A stretch of 58,004 bases of DNA, counting the filler, from Bipalium vagum (Eukaryota): the NCBI GenBank assembly GCA_037834085.1. It is 3 parts of 3 records of this genome, joined end to end, with 100 filler letters (N's around TTAATTAATTAA, not from the genome) between each part and the next. Parts side by side here need not be neighbours in the genome. Positions count along the whole stretch, not along the records: positions 17,956 to 42,335 come from JBBMKC010201494.1; 2 more parts are not named here. The stretch is one strand, 5' to 3'. Positions 25,880-39,521 of the stretch are shown here, in pieces (positions within the stretch are counted from its first letter, which is position 1; each line of letters begins with the position of its first letter). Made by a program: the position numbers and the translations under genes. The notes beneath the pieces are model-generated. The model was not told the DNA's origin and did not search any database. It saw only the letters and a program-made list of their open reading frames with translations.

Positions 25880-27299
25880 TTATTAATTTTATCAATGCTT
25901 TCTGAAACAAAACGGAAAATAGTTTCATATGATGGTTTTTCCTGTTTCCAGATTATGTATTAAATTTATCCTCATCTCTCATCCAACTCTCCCATTTTCT
26001 TTTGATGTTTGCTTTAATAAAAGAATTTATCATGACATCCAGCGGTTGCAAATAAGATTTAGTTTTTGGGGGAATAAAATGATTTTGATTAAGTAAATTA
26101 ATAACATTTTCATCTTTATGAGAACCGTAACTCTCCAATATTAGAATTGATTCTTTTTTGTTTTTAAAAAGTACTAGATTAATCAAGAATCTATTAGTCC
26201 ATTTTTCATTAATTCTTTGTCCATTGTGTCTGATTTAGATGTAAATATCTCCATTTTTAAGGTGTTTTACATTTTTATGGATATTTTAAACCTTTAAATA
26301 AAACCAATGTTTTAGGAAATCTACCAATTAATGATATGTTATAATTACAGTAAATCACGTTTTTTGATTACCTGTGGTATGAACCTTTATATTTCTTATC
26401 TTTTTAAAAAAATGGTTCTAGAACTCATTATATCTGCATGGGTTGTGGTTTAGTTCATATTAGAAATTCTTTCTGTATCAATTCCAATGGTTTTAAAATT
26501 AAGGACCTATTTTATTTTAAATTAAATTTTTAATTCATTTATTGATCTAGGATTTTCTTGTCAAAAAATAGTAATTTTCCTTGAGCTTAGCATATTTCAT
26601 TCCACGAACTTCCCGATCCAATTATTACTAGCTATAAAATTAGATACATTCTTTTTCTGAGCAATTTCAAGTATCTTTTGGCGTAATGAGCAGAAAGAGT
26701 TTTTTCTTTCCTTTTCTTTTCTCTCTATCACATCCCAATCATATAAAGTAGTTTCTATGTCAGGACACAACGATTTTCTGCCTAATCCCATATGACTTTA
26801 AATTGTTTTCATTTTCTTTATTTCTCCAAGATCTTAATTGCTTATTAGAGATTTAAGCTCTAGATATATTATTATATATCTAGTAGCACTTATATTATTA
26901 TTGTTCATTTTTCTAAAGTATCTAATTCAAACTTTACCATATTAGACTTTCTTCGGTTGGGAATATTTGAGTTATTTTGCATCAAAAATGGTATTAAAAT
27001 AAAAAAATATTGAAATTCTTATTTAATCAATTCAACGATTATAATATATTCTAAAATATAAAATTACATTCTAAATAATGTAATTTTAAACAAAGACTTA
27101 TGATTCTCGTCTATTATTATTTTTTAATTTTGGATGAAATATAATATTAAAATACTTGATCTATCATAAGAAAAATTGGAAAAATAGATTTTATCACAAA
27201 GCGAAATACCCGAAAAACTAAAAAATTTCCAAAAATAAGCCGACAAGAAAATAATCATATGGTCATATTTTTGAGTGGGCTTTTTATGGGGAAATCCGG
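25880..27299 (-). mobile_element. Degenerate pogo-like (CENP-B HTH + DDE_1) transposon
   Basis: GRKSLCPDIETTLYDW...FIASNNWIGKF (CENP-B HTH); ILILESYGSH...IPPKTKSYLQPLDVMINSFIK (DDE_1); TA+CCGGATTTCCCCATAAAAAG terminus at 27299. Confidence 0.82.
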
Positions 27300-28379
27300 T
27301 ATATTTAAAAATGTTAAGAATAACGAAATAAGAATGTTAAAGTTTAACATAATTTTTTAAAAGGTTATAATTAAAATAATTATACGATGTAGATGTATTT
27401 TAAATTTTAATATAATTATAATATAATAATAAGGCTACCTTTGTTAGGTGCAATGTTAGACAGTTTAAATTTATTAATGTTTTAAAACATAATAATATTC
27501 AAACAAATTATCCTTATTTAATAAACTAATATAAAGTGACACAAAATGTTGATATATATGTTTAAAATAAATTTAAAAAATTTATTTACTATTACACAAT
27601 ATATTAGGCACTTAATACAAATTCAGAAAATTAGGTTAAAAGCTAACAATCATATCGAATTTTCTTTAATTTGTCTTTTGGGATCGTCTAAAAATGAACA
27701 TATCCTTTTCTCCAAAGAATATTTTAATAAGAATTATATTTGAAATTGTTATATTATAGTTGAAAGAAATTCTTTTAGATATATTCATTGACTCTAAAAT
27801 GTTAAGGGGTTGTTAAAATTTTTTGAACAATGGTCCACTTAAACCTCGTTGCCTGGAGATAGAAATTTTATCAACCAATTTTTGGAATAAAAATCACAGA
27901 ATTCTTTACTTTGTACATAAAGAAGGAATTAGAGAATTTTTCTAATTTGACGAAAGTAATTCCCAAAACGGACGCTATAATTTGGAGAAATGGCGAATTT
28001 GGCAAAATTACTTATTTGATATATTAAAAATATTACTTCGAAATTAATTTCGTGTTAATGGAAAATTTTAATTATTCCTTCAGAATTTCTTTCCTCATTG
28101 TAATATTTCTTTTTGTTTATATTATTATCAGTATTTGTGCTTTAATTAAAAATCAAATTCAAGAAATAAAATTATTATTATTTTTGTTTAATTTTTTTTA
28201 ATGCACAAAATGGAAAAACTAAACTTTACCTAACTGTTTTTTGTGCTTTTGGTTATTTAATGGTACTAGAAAACTGAAACAGGAAATTTTTTAAAAAAAT
28301 TGCTGTACTTTTCGGATAAGTAATGGTTAAATAAATCTAAATCAGCTGAGTTTTTGTAGAAATTATTTTTTTTCATTTA

Positions 28380-28752
28380 CCGAAGATACTCGAATATAAG
28401 TCGACCTCGTGTATAAGTCGAGGGTGAAAATTTGAAATTCTGTGAAAAACCGTATGACTCTTTTATAAGTCGAAGTAACAATATGTCTGATTAGTTTCCT
28501 CTTTCGTGCTAAAAAAAGCTGTGAGAAATTTGAAATAAATTTATCATGCGTAGCACTGTGATGCTGAGAAAAACTGGAAAAAAAACGATACATAAATGAT
28601 AACCAGTATTCAATTATGAACACAACGTGATACATAGCATAAATACAGCCATTACATTGGTTAAAACCGCTATGACTCTTATATAAGTCGACCCTATTTT
28701 TTTCATAAAATTTTATAGAAAAAAACCTCGACTTATTTTCGAGTATCTACGG
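28380..28752. mobile_element. pogo/Tc2-type MITE (373 bp)
   Basis: TIRs CCGAAGATACTCGAATATAAGTCGA / CCGTAGATACTCGAAAATAAGTCGA (2 mismatches), TA on both flanks, internal TATAAGTCGA repeats. Confidence 0.9.
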
Positions 28753-29234
28753 TATCTTTTTTTAATTATCTAATACTATGATCTTGCATCGCTTCTGAAA
28801 CAATACATGACTAAGTGGCTTTGATTACTTTTGTTTTTCTTGTTAGAAGAAGCACTAGTCTGGCGGAAATCAATATATTGACAAAAAATGGATTAGATAT
28901 TTAAAAATTAATTTTTATTTAAATATCTAAATTCCTATTAAAACTGGCAATATTATTTGAAAAGTAAGTTATAGTAATAAGTTAAATAATAAAATTAGAT
29001 ATTTAGAAAATCGAAAGTGGTTATTACGCTTTTCCAATTGCATGAAAAAAAACTAATAGGAAATATTAGATAAATTACATGCATGTGATATATTGCCAAA
29101 AGCCAGATATCGTGCTGAGAAAAACTAATAAATATCACAGAAAAATAAATATTTTTAAAAATTTCTTATACCATTAAATATCCGAAAATATAAAATTTTT
29201 TTTAGAAAATACTGCAAAATTTTTTTTAAAAGTA

Positions 29235-29950
29235 CGGTGAACCCTCTTTAATTTTCCACGTTTCAGAAGAAATGCGATAAATTTTAAGAAGTAAGCATTG
29301 TGATTACATAACATAATAAAATTACACAATCCTTTTCTAATAAAAAAGCTTCATAATAAATAGAAATAAAACTTAAGAATAAATAGAAACAAGAATAATA
29401 CGGATCAAATTTTATTAAAATAATCAGTAATTAAACACTATAATATTTTGGAATATAAAAAATTCTCAATGTCTCTCAGTGCTTTAGAGGCATTTGGTTG
29501 ATTTTATCAGAATTTTTTACAGTTTTCATAGGAATGAATAACTTCTTCGAAATTAGAATCTGATTCAATTTCAGAATTAGACTCTTCTGGATGGAAATTT
29601 TCACCGAAAGTCATAAGATTCATGTTTTGTGCCTCAATTAACGAGGAATCGCTTATCCATTCCAAAATAAACCTTCAATTGGCTGATTTTTTCCATTATT
29701 TATCTGTTTTATGTATTGCCACTATTTGCAATGCCTTTTAATTAATCTCTCATTATAGATAATTTGAAATGTAAGCTTACTAAATTTTTTGGCATAAGCA
29801 GAATGTGCTTCTGCTTTTAAAATCCTTCTCTTTTTAGTCTCTATTCTTTGGTCTCTATATCATTTCAATAAGAAACGGACTTTTCCACTTGTAACTCCTA
29901 TATCTCTAAATATAGTAATAGTGAGAAATAGTGCACTTACAAAATTACTC
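29235..29950 (-). mobile_element. Possible Tigger/pogo-like remnant
   Basis: TACGGTGAACCCTC terminus-like sequence and an acidic SNSEIESDSNFEE...KALRDIENF tail; heavily eroded. Confidence 0.3.
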
Positions 29951-30626
29951 ATAATTTCACAATAGCGGTAAAACAAAGAGTTTCTGATTATATAACATCC
30001 TTATTCTACCCTAAACAGTCCAATTAAATATTTTCATGAGTTAACATATTTTTTGTCAGTGACAAGACTTTTGGTACGACAGTAATTTAATATTTTTCCA
30101 ATATCTGATAACAGAAATAAACTGAGAACAATCAACATATTTAAAGATCTCAATTGGACCAGGACGAATTACCACAAAATATTTCGTAGATAAAATATGA
30201 TCCAATTAAAAAGTGAATACTATTTCAATATTTAAAGAATCTGTGCAGAGAAATTAGCATCGAACAAGAAAAATAGAGGAAATAGATGAAGCTTCGAATA
30301 TCCAGAATTTGAGACTGCTTATCCTCATGAAGTCTTCACTATAAAAAATAATTATAAAAAACTTAATTATTTCCTTCATTTAACTATTGAAGAAATATAT
30401 TTAATTAAGAGGACAAAAAAAACATCAGCGAGTTTGTCTGACTGAATTTGTTTTTAATTTATTTCTGTTGTGTACTCATAATACAATTTTTGCACTAAAA
30501 CTTGATAATTTCTGTTAAATCTATTGATTAATATTTTTAAATAATCTATAAAAATAATACTAATAATAAAATAAAAATAATGATAAAAAAATTAATAATA
30601 ATACTAAACAAAAATTCTAATAATAA

Positions 30627-30761
30627 NNNNNNNNNNNNNNNNNNNNNNNNNNNNNNNNNNNNNNNNNNNNNNNNNNNNNNNNNNNNNNNNNNNNNNNNNN
30701 NNNNNNNNNNNNNNNNNNNNNNNNNNNNNNNNNNNNNNNNNNNNNNNNNNNNNNNNNNNNN
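30627..30761. other. Assembly gap (N run)
   Basis: Run of N. Confidence 1.
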
Positions 30762-31149
30762 ATAACTATCTTTAATATTATAATTATGTTAATAATATAT
30801 TAGTAAAGTTTAAAGCTATTTGCATATAAAAGTTGAGGCAAAATTTAATTAATTTTATTTTTCTTTTAATTTTCCCTTAATCCTTGAAAGTAACATAAAA
30901 CAAATTGAATAAAACAAATCTGCAAGAAAGGGATGGAGCTATACTAATATGGAAAGGGGGAAACTGGGAGTAATAAAAAAATTAATATAGTTAAAAATCA
31001 GAAAATTAATAACTGAAATGATTAATTTTTTGATGAAAAATTCACCATTTCGTTGTTCCAGTCCCGGGGGAGTTGTCGACTGAATATGGTGATAAATATC
31101 ATTAATTAATGGATATAATATGAAAAATTTTGGCATCCCGTTTTTCAGT

Positions 31150-32010
31150 AAAGGAATTTTTTGTAAGATTAAGAACGCATTTCAAAAGAAAAATCTTTAT
31201 ATATAAAAGATCCAAATGAATAGTGATTTTAATGAGACATTTGACCCACAAAGCTTGTTGATTGATAAAGACAGTGAGACGGTCGATATTGAAGCTATTA
31301 TCTGCCTATTTATTTGTTACAATGAAACTAGCCCTGAGAATGGATGGCACTGTAGTGTGGGATCTATACAAAATCAGTTCTGTAAGCTAAGGTAAAACGT
31401 TCATGTAATAAAGTCTCACAAAGTCTCACTTGATTGAGCATCTGCAAACTACGAAAATAGTTAGAGTGCTGATAATCTTAAGTACGGATGTTGCAAGTTC
31501 CCTGGGTCAATCGAAAGAGCATCTCTATGATTACTAAAAGTTGTCGAGGTGTGGAAGCCGCCCATACCAAAAATTTTGGTAGTGGGGTTTGGTCAGGAAT
31601 TGTAAGTGTTGCATCTACCTCTATCCCAGAAGTTCTCTAGATCCATATTAAAAGGTCTCGAGCAAAACTAGAGCAGATATAACAATCTGAAGAAAAAAAT
31701 GTTAAAAATGATTATTAACCAAACAACGAAGCGCGTCGTGCCAGAAGAGTACTGCTAATTCAAATATGGACTATACAGAAGAATGCAAGAATGGTACTAA
31801 TACCCTATCACAATCTGTTGAGTATGGAATAAGCTTCGTTTCAAAAAGCTAATAACAATATCAACAGAATCAATAAAAGATGGGAGTCTCTATGAACTGG
31901 ACAGAAGTTTGGCGCTATAAAACTTGGGAAATTCTAAATGCTAAGTCATTGGGTACTGGAAATCACACTTAAAACCATGACGGTTATGGCGATTCAAGGC
32001 TTCATTAAAT
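31150..32010 (+). mobile_element. CR1-like LINE 3' remnant
   Basis: Eroded ADNLK (cf. FADDLK), CKCCI/VLHL, KLEQI..., EARR... segments in CR1 RT/thumb order. Confidence 0.5.
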
Positions 32011-32099
32011 GGTAAAAAGGTAACTATCACTGGGTCTTTTCTTTCAATAATAGCTTCTTGTTTATAAAAATATAATTGTATGTTTCATAATCGAGTTAC

Positions 32100-32770
32100 T
32101 AACGTGCATAAATTGATTAACAAGATTCTTTAAGTCCCTATTTACTATCTAACGATCCTTATTACCCATAGGTCTTCAACATTTTTCGAAAACTAAACTT
32201 TATTCAGATGCCAGCAAAAAATATGAGACAAAAGATTTATCACTTAACATTATCAACAAAATTCATCTCCATACCAAAACGACAATCACTGCAAATAAAG
32301 TCTACGTAATAACATGGTTAATTTATTTAAGTTAAGTCTTATCTAGCCCCATGCACAGGTCTCACAATTCCCAACAAAGACTAATATGGCTCGAGATCCA
32401 ATCACTATCTAGGGTTGACAAATTCATTACACATTAACACGATAAAATAAAAAGCGTTAAAGATTTTTGTAATTCTGAATCATTAAATCCTTGGGTATTC
32501 TCAATTTATTTAAAGATTATCTCTTATTATCTATCTCTTGGTTTATTTTTAAGACTAGTTTTGCCAAATTCGAATATTGCGAATCAGCTTTTAATCGGCC
32601 GATTAAAAATTGAATCATCTCCATACACTTTTTGAAGAATCCTATTTGCTGTCTCCACATTATTTCCAAGTAGGATATCCTAATGAATGACAATCTTCAT
32701 TTCATCATTATTCAGCAAAATTTAAATATGGCAAAGTAAAATTTGAATTCTGCAATCAATAATATTATTA
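32100..32770 (-). mobile_element. Degenerate mariner
   Basis: KIVIH*DILLGNNVETANRILQKVYGDDSIFNRPIKS*FAIFEFGKTSL = mariner N-terminal HTH. Confidence 0.55.
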
Positions 32771-33413
32771 AAACAAATTTCATGTATGTTATTAGTTAGT
32801 TATTTAATTAGTTATTTATTGTTAGTTATTTAATTTATGAGAGATATCATTTGTTTCAAAAACGATCTTTAAAAATGCAGTTCATTGTTATTGTTATTAT
32901 TGAATAAAATATATGTCAATAATAATATTATAAAATAAATTCGAGGTCTGAAACCCTTAATTTTGAAACCCCGCAATAATAATTAAATAAAATCACGTAA
33001 TTTTTAATTGGAAATTTATGATGGATTACTTTCAATCTCCAGTAAATAGAATTCTTAAATTTCACCATATCAATATTGGCTACAACGTAATGGGAAGGAT
33101 GAAATTCAAGCTCCTAAATGGTCGGTTTCAACAGACTCTAATGTTTCCATATTAAATCCTTAATATAAATAATTATCGTTTTGAAATTATTTCTTAATTG
33201 CTTCGTTTTCTTTTTTCCATGGAAAAGATATATAATTATCTTTTCCACTGCCTGATTTATTCGTTCTGAATGAGTATAGTTTCTGTGAAATTATTTTAAG
33301 ACAGAAAACAATTGTCAGGGGTTGCAAGCTGAAAATTAATTAATTTACTTTTTGGTTTTTATTTTTTTTAATGCTCCGTTGTTCAATATTATTTATCTTT
33401 CCAACCAACCAAT

Positions 33414-34330
33414 TATTAGACTGTCACAAATGTAATGTCCGATTTCAATAGTTAATTTTTGTAATGTTTTACATTCCTTTACAGTAACTGTGCATAAATA
33501 AATGATGTTGAAATTCTCATTTTTAAATATGGTATTTTCATTTTTGTTTAAATAATCCAATAATTTCTTTGAAAATATCAGATATGGCGCACAAACTGGA
33601 AAACAAAGAAATTCTCACAATTTACTGGGAAATGGTAATTAGGACACAGGTTCGAAAGTTGCTGAAACGATTTATTTATCATTCAGCAAAACATACAAAT
33701 AATGAATACACCATTTGATAGTGGTATTTGATATCTGTGGATGATGACAAAAACCGATCAGACGCAGGTCGTGGTGAATCCCGAACGGTCATTGGAAATG
33801 CAGTTTTACAGATTGAGGTGAACATAAATTCAAGTTCAAATGTTTGGGATCTTTGTCAGACATTTACTGTTAACCTCAAGACATATAAAAGAGGTTGATA
33901 AGATTAAAAGGGTTCAGCATAGGTTTAACAAGTTTTGAAACATTATGTATAATTACATTTGTCATTTTTATTATTATGCAATGAAAAGGATCTATTTTTA
34001 AGTTCTATCATTACAAGTAATGACAAATGGGTTCTCTACAATAACCTAAGGCGTTCAGCAAAAAGAGTAAATGTTGACCTGCTTTCATCCTATTGTCCAA
34101 AACTTGGTTTGATTTCAAAAATTAATATTTTCTGTTTCATGGTCAATGGGTGGTATGGAAATTGGGTATTTCCGACTTCATCACTTTCCAAAAACAAGAG
34201 TTTTACATAAATGGTAATCAAAACCTGGTAACTTGCTGCCACAAATGAATTCAATGCAACGGAGACTGTTTTAATTGAATAACAAATGGGCTCTACTAGT
34301 CTCGTTCTGTCTATTTATCATATAATCGGA
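33414..34330 (+). mobile_element. Degenerate mariner
   Basis: TIR-like TATTAGACTGTCACAAATGTAATGTCCG; LLLCNEKDLFLSSIITSNDKWVLYNNLRR (ITGDEKW motif). Confidence 0.78.
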
Positions 34331-34429
34331 CATTTCATATGACAAAATCAAGAACAAACCTTCTGTTTTGACATACTGCATATATGTTGAATGAAAAGTA
34401 ATTGTAATTCATATTTCAAAATATGGTGA

Positions 34430-34560
34430 ACACTTTCATCCAAGATTCGATTTAACTCAAAACATTAAACACATCTCTAGGAGTTTCTTTCCCTGTTAAT
34501 CCTTCTTTAAATAAGTACTTAACAACTGCGAGATTTTTCAAATTTTTAATTGTAAGTGTA
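34430..34560 (-). mobile_element. mariner N-terminal fragment
   Basis: LAVVKYLFKEGLTGKETPRDVFNVL resembles RAVIKYL..G.T.KEI. Confidence 0.45.
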
Positions 34561-35919
34561 AACAAGTTAGAAAACATTTAAACAGATATTTGATTTATAG
34601 ATTTATTCGTAATTTAGCAGATATATCTATTTAAAAGATGGATTATTTTATTAAACATTTCTTTACTGATAATAATGAAATTAATGTAAAAAGCTAAAGA
34701 CGTTCAGTACTTTAAATATAAAACTGTTGGAAAAGTACTTCGTTTTCAATTCCAATTTATTGTTTAATGTTTAAGCAGAATACCCTCCTTTCGAAAGCTT
34801 TTATTTAGGAAGTTACCAAGGACAATCATATCACTTTTCTGTTGGTATGGCTGTTAATTAACTTTAATTAATTGACATCTGCACTAATTAAATAGTTAAT
34901 ATAATATGTAATAGTAACCTTGACTATTTAACAATCTCTGAAGACTTTTGAGAAAACCAATGATTCGGTTGAATTATTTTAGTTCTTAGCTCAGTTTGTA
35001 ACACATCAATGGTATAGATTTAGTCCTTGAGATAAATGAGTTTGTGTTTGCCTTTTAAATGAAGCCTATCTTTTATAACGATGGGTAGATATATATCGGC
35101 ATCAAATTTCATTGATCATCTTCCGTTTTCTCTTGATCTTGTAGCAATATATGAGTTTCTTGATCTTTAGGGATGGTGCTTAGGAGCTCAATGGAAAAAA
35201 TGTCTTTTGTTGAAAAATGCATTTTTTAAGAAAAAATGTGAATAATTAAAAAAACACTTAATTTTTTAAAATTTCATATCATTATTATTATTAGTTTTAT
35301 TATTAATTTTTTTTATTTTCCTTGGTTTTTTTTAATATATTTATTATCATTAATTTAATTGGTTTATTGTAAAATAACAATTTGTGTAAAATATAAATAA
35401 CATTGTCCCAGAAATTATGTAAACAGAAAACAGAAATTTTAATTCAGTTTTTTAGGATAAGTAAAATTTTCGAGCTTCATATTATTCATTTTATAATTTG
35501 TTTTAATAATTTTTTATCTAATGATTTACCCAATCACTAATTTCATTTATTTAATTGCTCTAGATAGCAGGTGATATACTATCGATCTTCACAGGTTACA
35601 GAGACGTGGGTTCATGAAAAGTCAGTGTCCAGATTTTCATTAAAATAAAACCACTTATACAGTTTCGTCGAGAAAAATCCGTAATTTTTTCATTTATTTA
35701 TTTTAACTAATCGAAATAATATATATTTGTTTAGGGGATACTAACTTTTACATATTACAGGGTTTACGAGATTTTCGGAACATTTTCAAAGTTATATTAA
35801 AAGAAGATTATTGGAGTAATCAATGTTATTATTTTTATATAAGTAACCTAATTGTTGAGTACGTCAAAGGAACGAGTCGTAGACCTGTAGACAACTAGGT
35901 GTCTATAACGATTATAACG

Positions 35920-35998
<79 letters not shown>
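35920..35998 (+). repeat. (AAT)n microsatellite
   Basis: Read directly. Confidence 0.98.
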
Positions 35999-36000
<2 letters not shown>

Positions 36001-37776
36001 GAAAAGTAATTTTAAGAAAAGAGCTAATTAATGTTAATAGTATTTTATTATAATATTATCTCGTCATCGAGATAATGATAAATAAATATTGAAATTAATT
36101 GGAGGAAATATTTTCAAAGAGTAGAGAGTGGCAGTGGTCGACCAATCATTACTACTATATTAGGCGATAATTTCGATCAGAAATTCACCCAAAAATAATA
36201 TAAACAATTTTCTAGAAGATTATTTAAAGACTTATTCCACACAATTTCTGAAGAAGAAGAAAAAAAAAGAAGCCATTCGCAGATTTTCTTGTAGAAGTGT
36301 CAAATTGAAGGAAATTTATTTTCAGAAGGTATTGGTGTCAGAAACAATCCAGCACAATTCCAGTAATTATTTTTGATTTTCATGAAGATCATGCTGCTGG
36401 ATTTGACAATGGGAGCCACCGAGTTTTGTAATCCTTAGACTGAGTTTAATGGGAGACTCGGAAACCCATTGTAGCCCAGTGTTGGAGAATTTTCTTGTTG
36501 CTTCTTGTCATTGTAATTTAAAGATAGGAATTTTGTTTATTTTTACTATTATTATTATTAGTTTTATTTAATTGACATTTTATAAACATATTTTAGCAAC
36601 TTTAGTGAACTTTAAACATTAATTGTGATCTTTTGATTATCGATTGTTGTCTTTTTCTATATTGTAATAAGTGTAATAATGTTTTTCTGTGATGGTTTTG
36701 GTTAAGTTTGGTACAAACAGGGGAAAAAGTTTTATTGAGATTATTTTGATTTAACATGGGATAGATATTGGTGGTAGTTTAGATTTAAAGAACAAAGTGA
36801 GGAGTTACGGACGCTTAATCTAAAAATAAAATATTTCAATAGCGGAGTACAGTAACATAATTTATCAAAAAAATCGATCAGTGAGATCTGAAGTACTTAA
36901 TATGAGTCATGGGTTCAGAATATGACTGAAAACCAATAATTGAATGTTTTCTTTTTAAATTATTCAATATATTTATATTTATTGTAGAAAACATTGTCTA
37001 ATAATAATTAAAAATAAATAAAATCGCCACCTAAAATTTTTTATAATGTCCATAGAAAGTCTAATTGAAATTTTGAAGGAAATTCCCTCAGAAAAGTATA
37101 TTAAAATTAAATGTAGTAAAATGTGAGCTGAAAACAATTCATAAATTTGTAAGAAAATATTTTTCATTTATTAATTATTCATTTTATCAGGAAAAGAGCG
37201 TCGGCAATTATATTTTAAGTTTTTCAGATGCATTGTTCGATTTTTGAAGAATAAACAGAAAATCCTGATATTTTTCATAATAAAATCACTGGAAGATATT
37301 ATCAGCTTAAATCAATATATATAAATAAATAAATAATAAAAATATACATAAATCAATAATTAATATATAATATTTATTTATTTATTCGCGAGTAATTTTT
37401 CAGATTATCACTGGAAATCAATACTGATTTCAATAATTAAATTTTTTAATTTATTCATTTTTTTATAATAAACCAACCCTTTTGTCTTGGGTTTTCATCC
37501 TTAAATTTCAATATTCATATATATATATATTAATGAGCATCAAATGATTTTCCCCTACTCAATTTCAATCTTACAATTTCAATCGGAAACCAGATCAGTT
37601 GGCTGATTTGCATATCACCTTTTTTAATGATTTTTTTATTATATTATTTTTTTTATTGGAAATATTTCCATTAATAATTTTAAAATCACCTTCTCAAAAG
37701 AGAACAAAATGTTCTCGTTTGTATGTTTTCTCAACATTAAAAAATGTAATTATATTTTAATATTATTGAAAAAGGT

Positions 37777-37791
37777 GGTTGCTAGGCAACC
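37777..37791. promoter_or_regulatory. RFX X-box-like palindrome
   Basis: GGTTGC-TAG-GCAACC; the core GTTGCCTAGCAAC (minus strand) fits the RFX consensus GTNRCC(N0-3)RGYAAC; lies at the start of a locally GC-richer island with no TE hallmarks I could see. Confidence 0.55.
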
Positions 37792-38863
37792 GATATCTGC
37801 GAAAATTCAAAATTACAAAATCTGTTGACAGTTTAATTAAGAGACGAGAGAGATTTGATGAGCACAATGACAGAGCCCCGTACCATCAATTGATACTGTA
37901 ACCTGAAACGATAATGCACGTCTCAAATTAGACTCACGGGTCTTTTTTTTCTGGACCTCATACATTTATATATATTTCTGTGACGGTCTTGCCTGGTTAG
38001 TTGTTTCTTTTCTTTTATTTGCATTCTTTCAACCTGTTGGCGGATTTCATTAGAACTCTCAATGGAAATTAGGAATCACTGACGCCTCATGTCGTTTAAA
38101 TATCGTTTGAGACGACATTGACTTCTTCGAGAATACATTTATGGTCATTATGAGCTGTGAATGTAAAAACCAAATAATTTGTTTTAATGTGCTGATTTTA
38201 TCTATGGTTATTAAGACAAACAATTTAGTTAATTAAAACAAGTTATGTTCATTTAGTTAGTGATCAAAATAACACGTGCCTGGACTTTTATTATTTTAAA
38301 GGAAACAGAAATAAAAATTAAAAAATTATATTTTCCGATAATTATTAAAACAAATAAATAAAAATTTACAAAGAATTAATTTTATTATTTTATTTATTGA
38401 TTAACAAGTGAAAAGTAATATTTAATAAAATTATAAAATATATAATAAAACGTTTTTCTCAAATTAAACAAAAAACACTTTAAAAATTGGCATCAAATGT
38501 TTTACTCAGATATTATTTATTTAATTTTGTTTAAAACAATATTCTAAATTTCTCTGGGCAATTATATATAAATAATCTGACTGAAAGTTTGTAAATCTCC
38601 ATTATTTCTGCAAAGATTTCTGGAAAAAAGTAAACAATACACAAAGAAAAAATAATCATATGTCAAAAAAGAAATAATATCACATGTTTTTTTGACAATT
38701 GTTTTCTTTGATTTTCCTGGAAAATATTTTTCCTTTTTCAGACATCTGCATATTGGATTTTTCAAACTTTCATTTGGTTATATAATTTATATTATAAAAA
38801 ATTAAATTAAATAAAAATACTATATATATAAAATAATATGATAAAATAAAATAAAATGTAATA

Positions 38864-39170
38864 TATTAGAGGTGTACATAAATTTCCATTGCTCACATAT
38901 TTATAATATTATTGTAAGTATTAAAATATTATATACGGTTTGTTTGGAAATATTTTTGTTTAAGTAAGTCAATATTGATTATATTCATCATTATATTGTC
39001 ATAATTTATTTAAATTTGCATATTTATTTACAGGAAATAATATGGAAATCAATAAAATGCATATTCGCCACTGCACGTTGTTTCTCTTTCATCAAATGAA
39101 AACTGTTGCCGAAGCAACCAGAATAATTTTCCAAAAATATGATGGTGAAACAGTAGCCAATAATATAATA
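38864..39170 (+). mobile_element. mariner 5' remnant
   Basis: TATTAGAGGTGTACATAA TIR-like start; MEINKMHIRHCTLFLFHQMKTVAEATRIIFQKYDGETV from 39042. Confidence 0.72.
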
Positions 39171-39490
39171 TATTAAAAAAAAGATCTCAGATTTCTAATT
39201 GGGTAAGATTTATTATTTATTAAAGTTTAATACTATTCTAGAAAATAACCGTTAACTTTAATACACTTATGTAGCGATTATAAAAGTCATTCATAACATT
39301 TTGACACATTTCTGGTGAAATTCTAGCTGCCGTCATTTGAATAATATCTTTCAGGTCTTGGATATATTTTCGTTCTATATACACGTGTATTGAGATGTAC
39401 GGAAATGACGAAATCAAGTGGTATAAAGTTAAATTACTCTAAAAAAAATCTCTCAAACGTGAATAATAATAAATAAATAATAATAAATAA

Positions 39491-39521
<31 letters not shown>

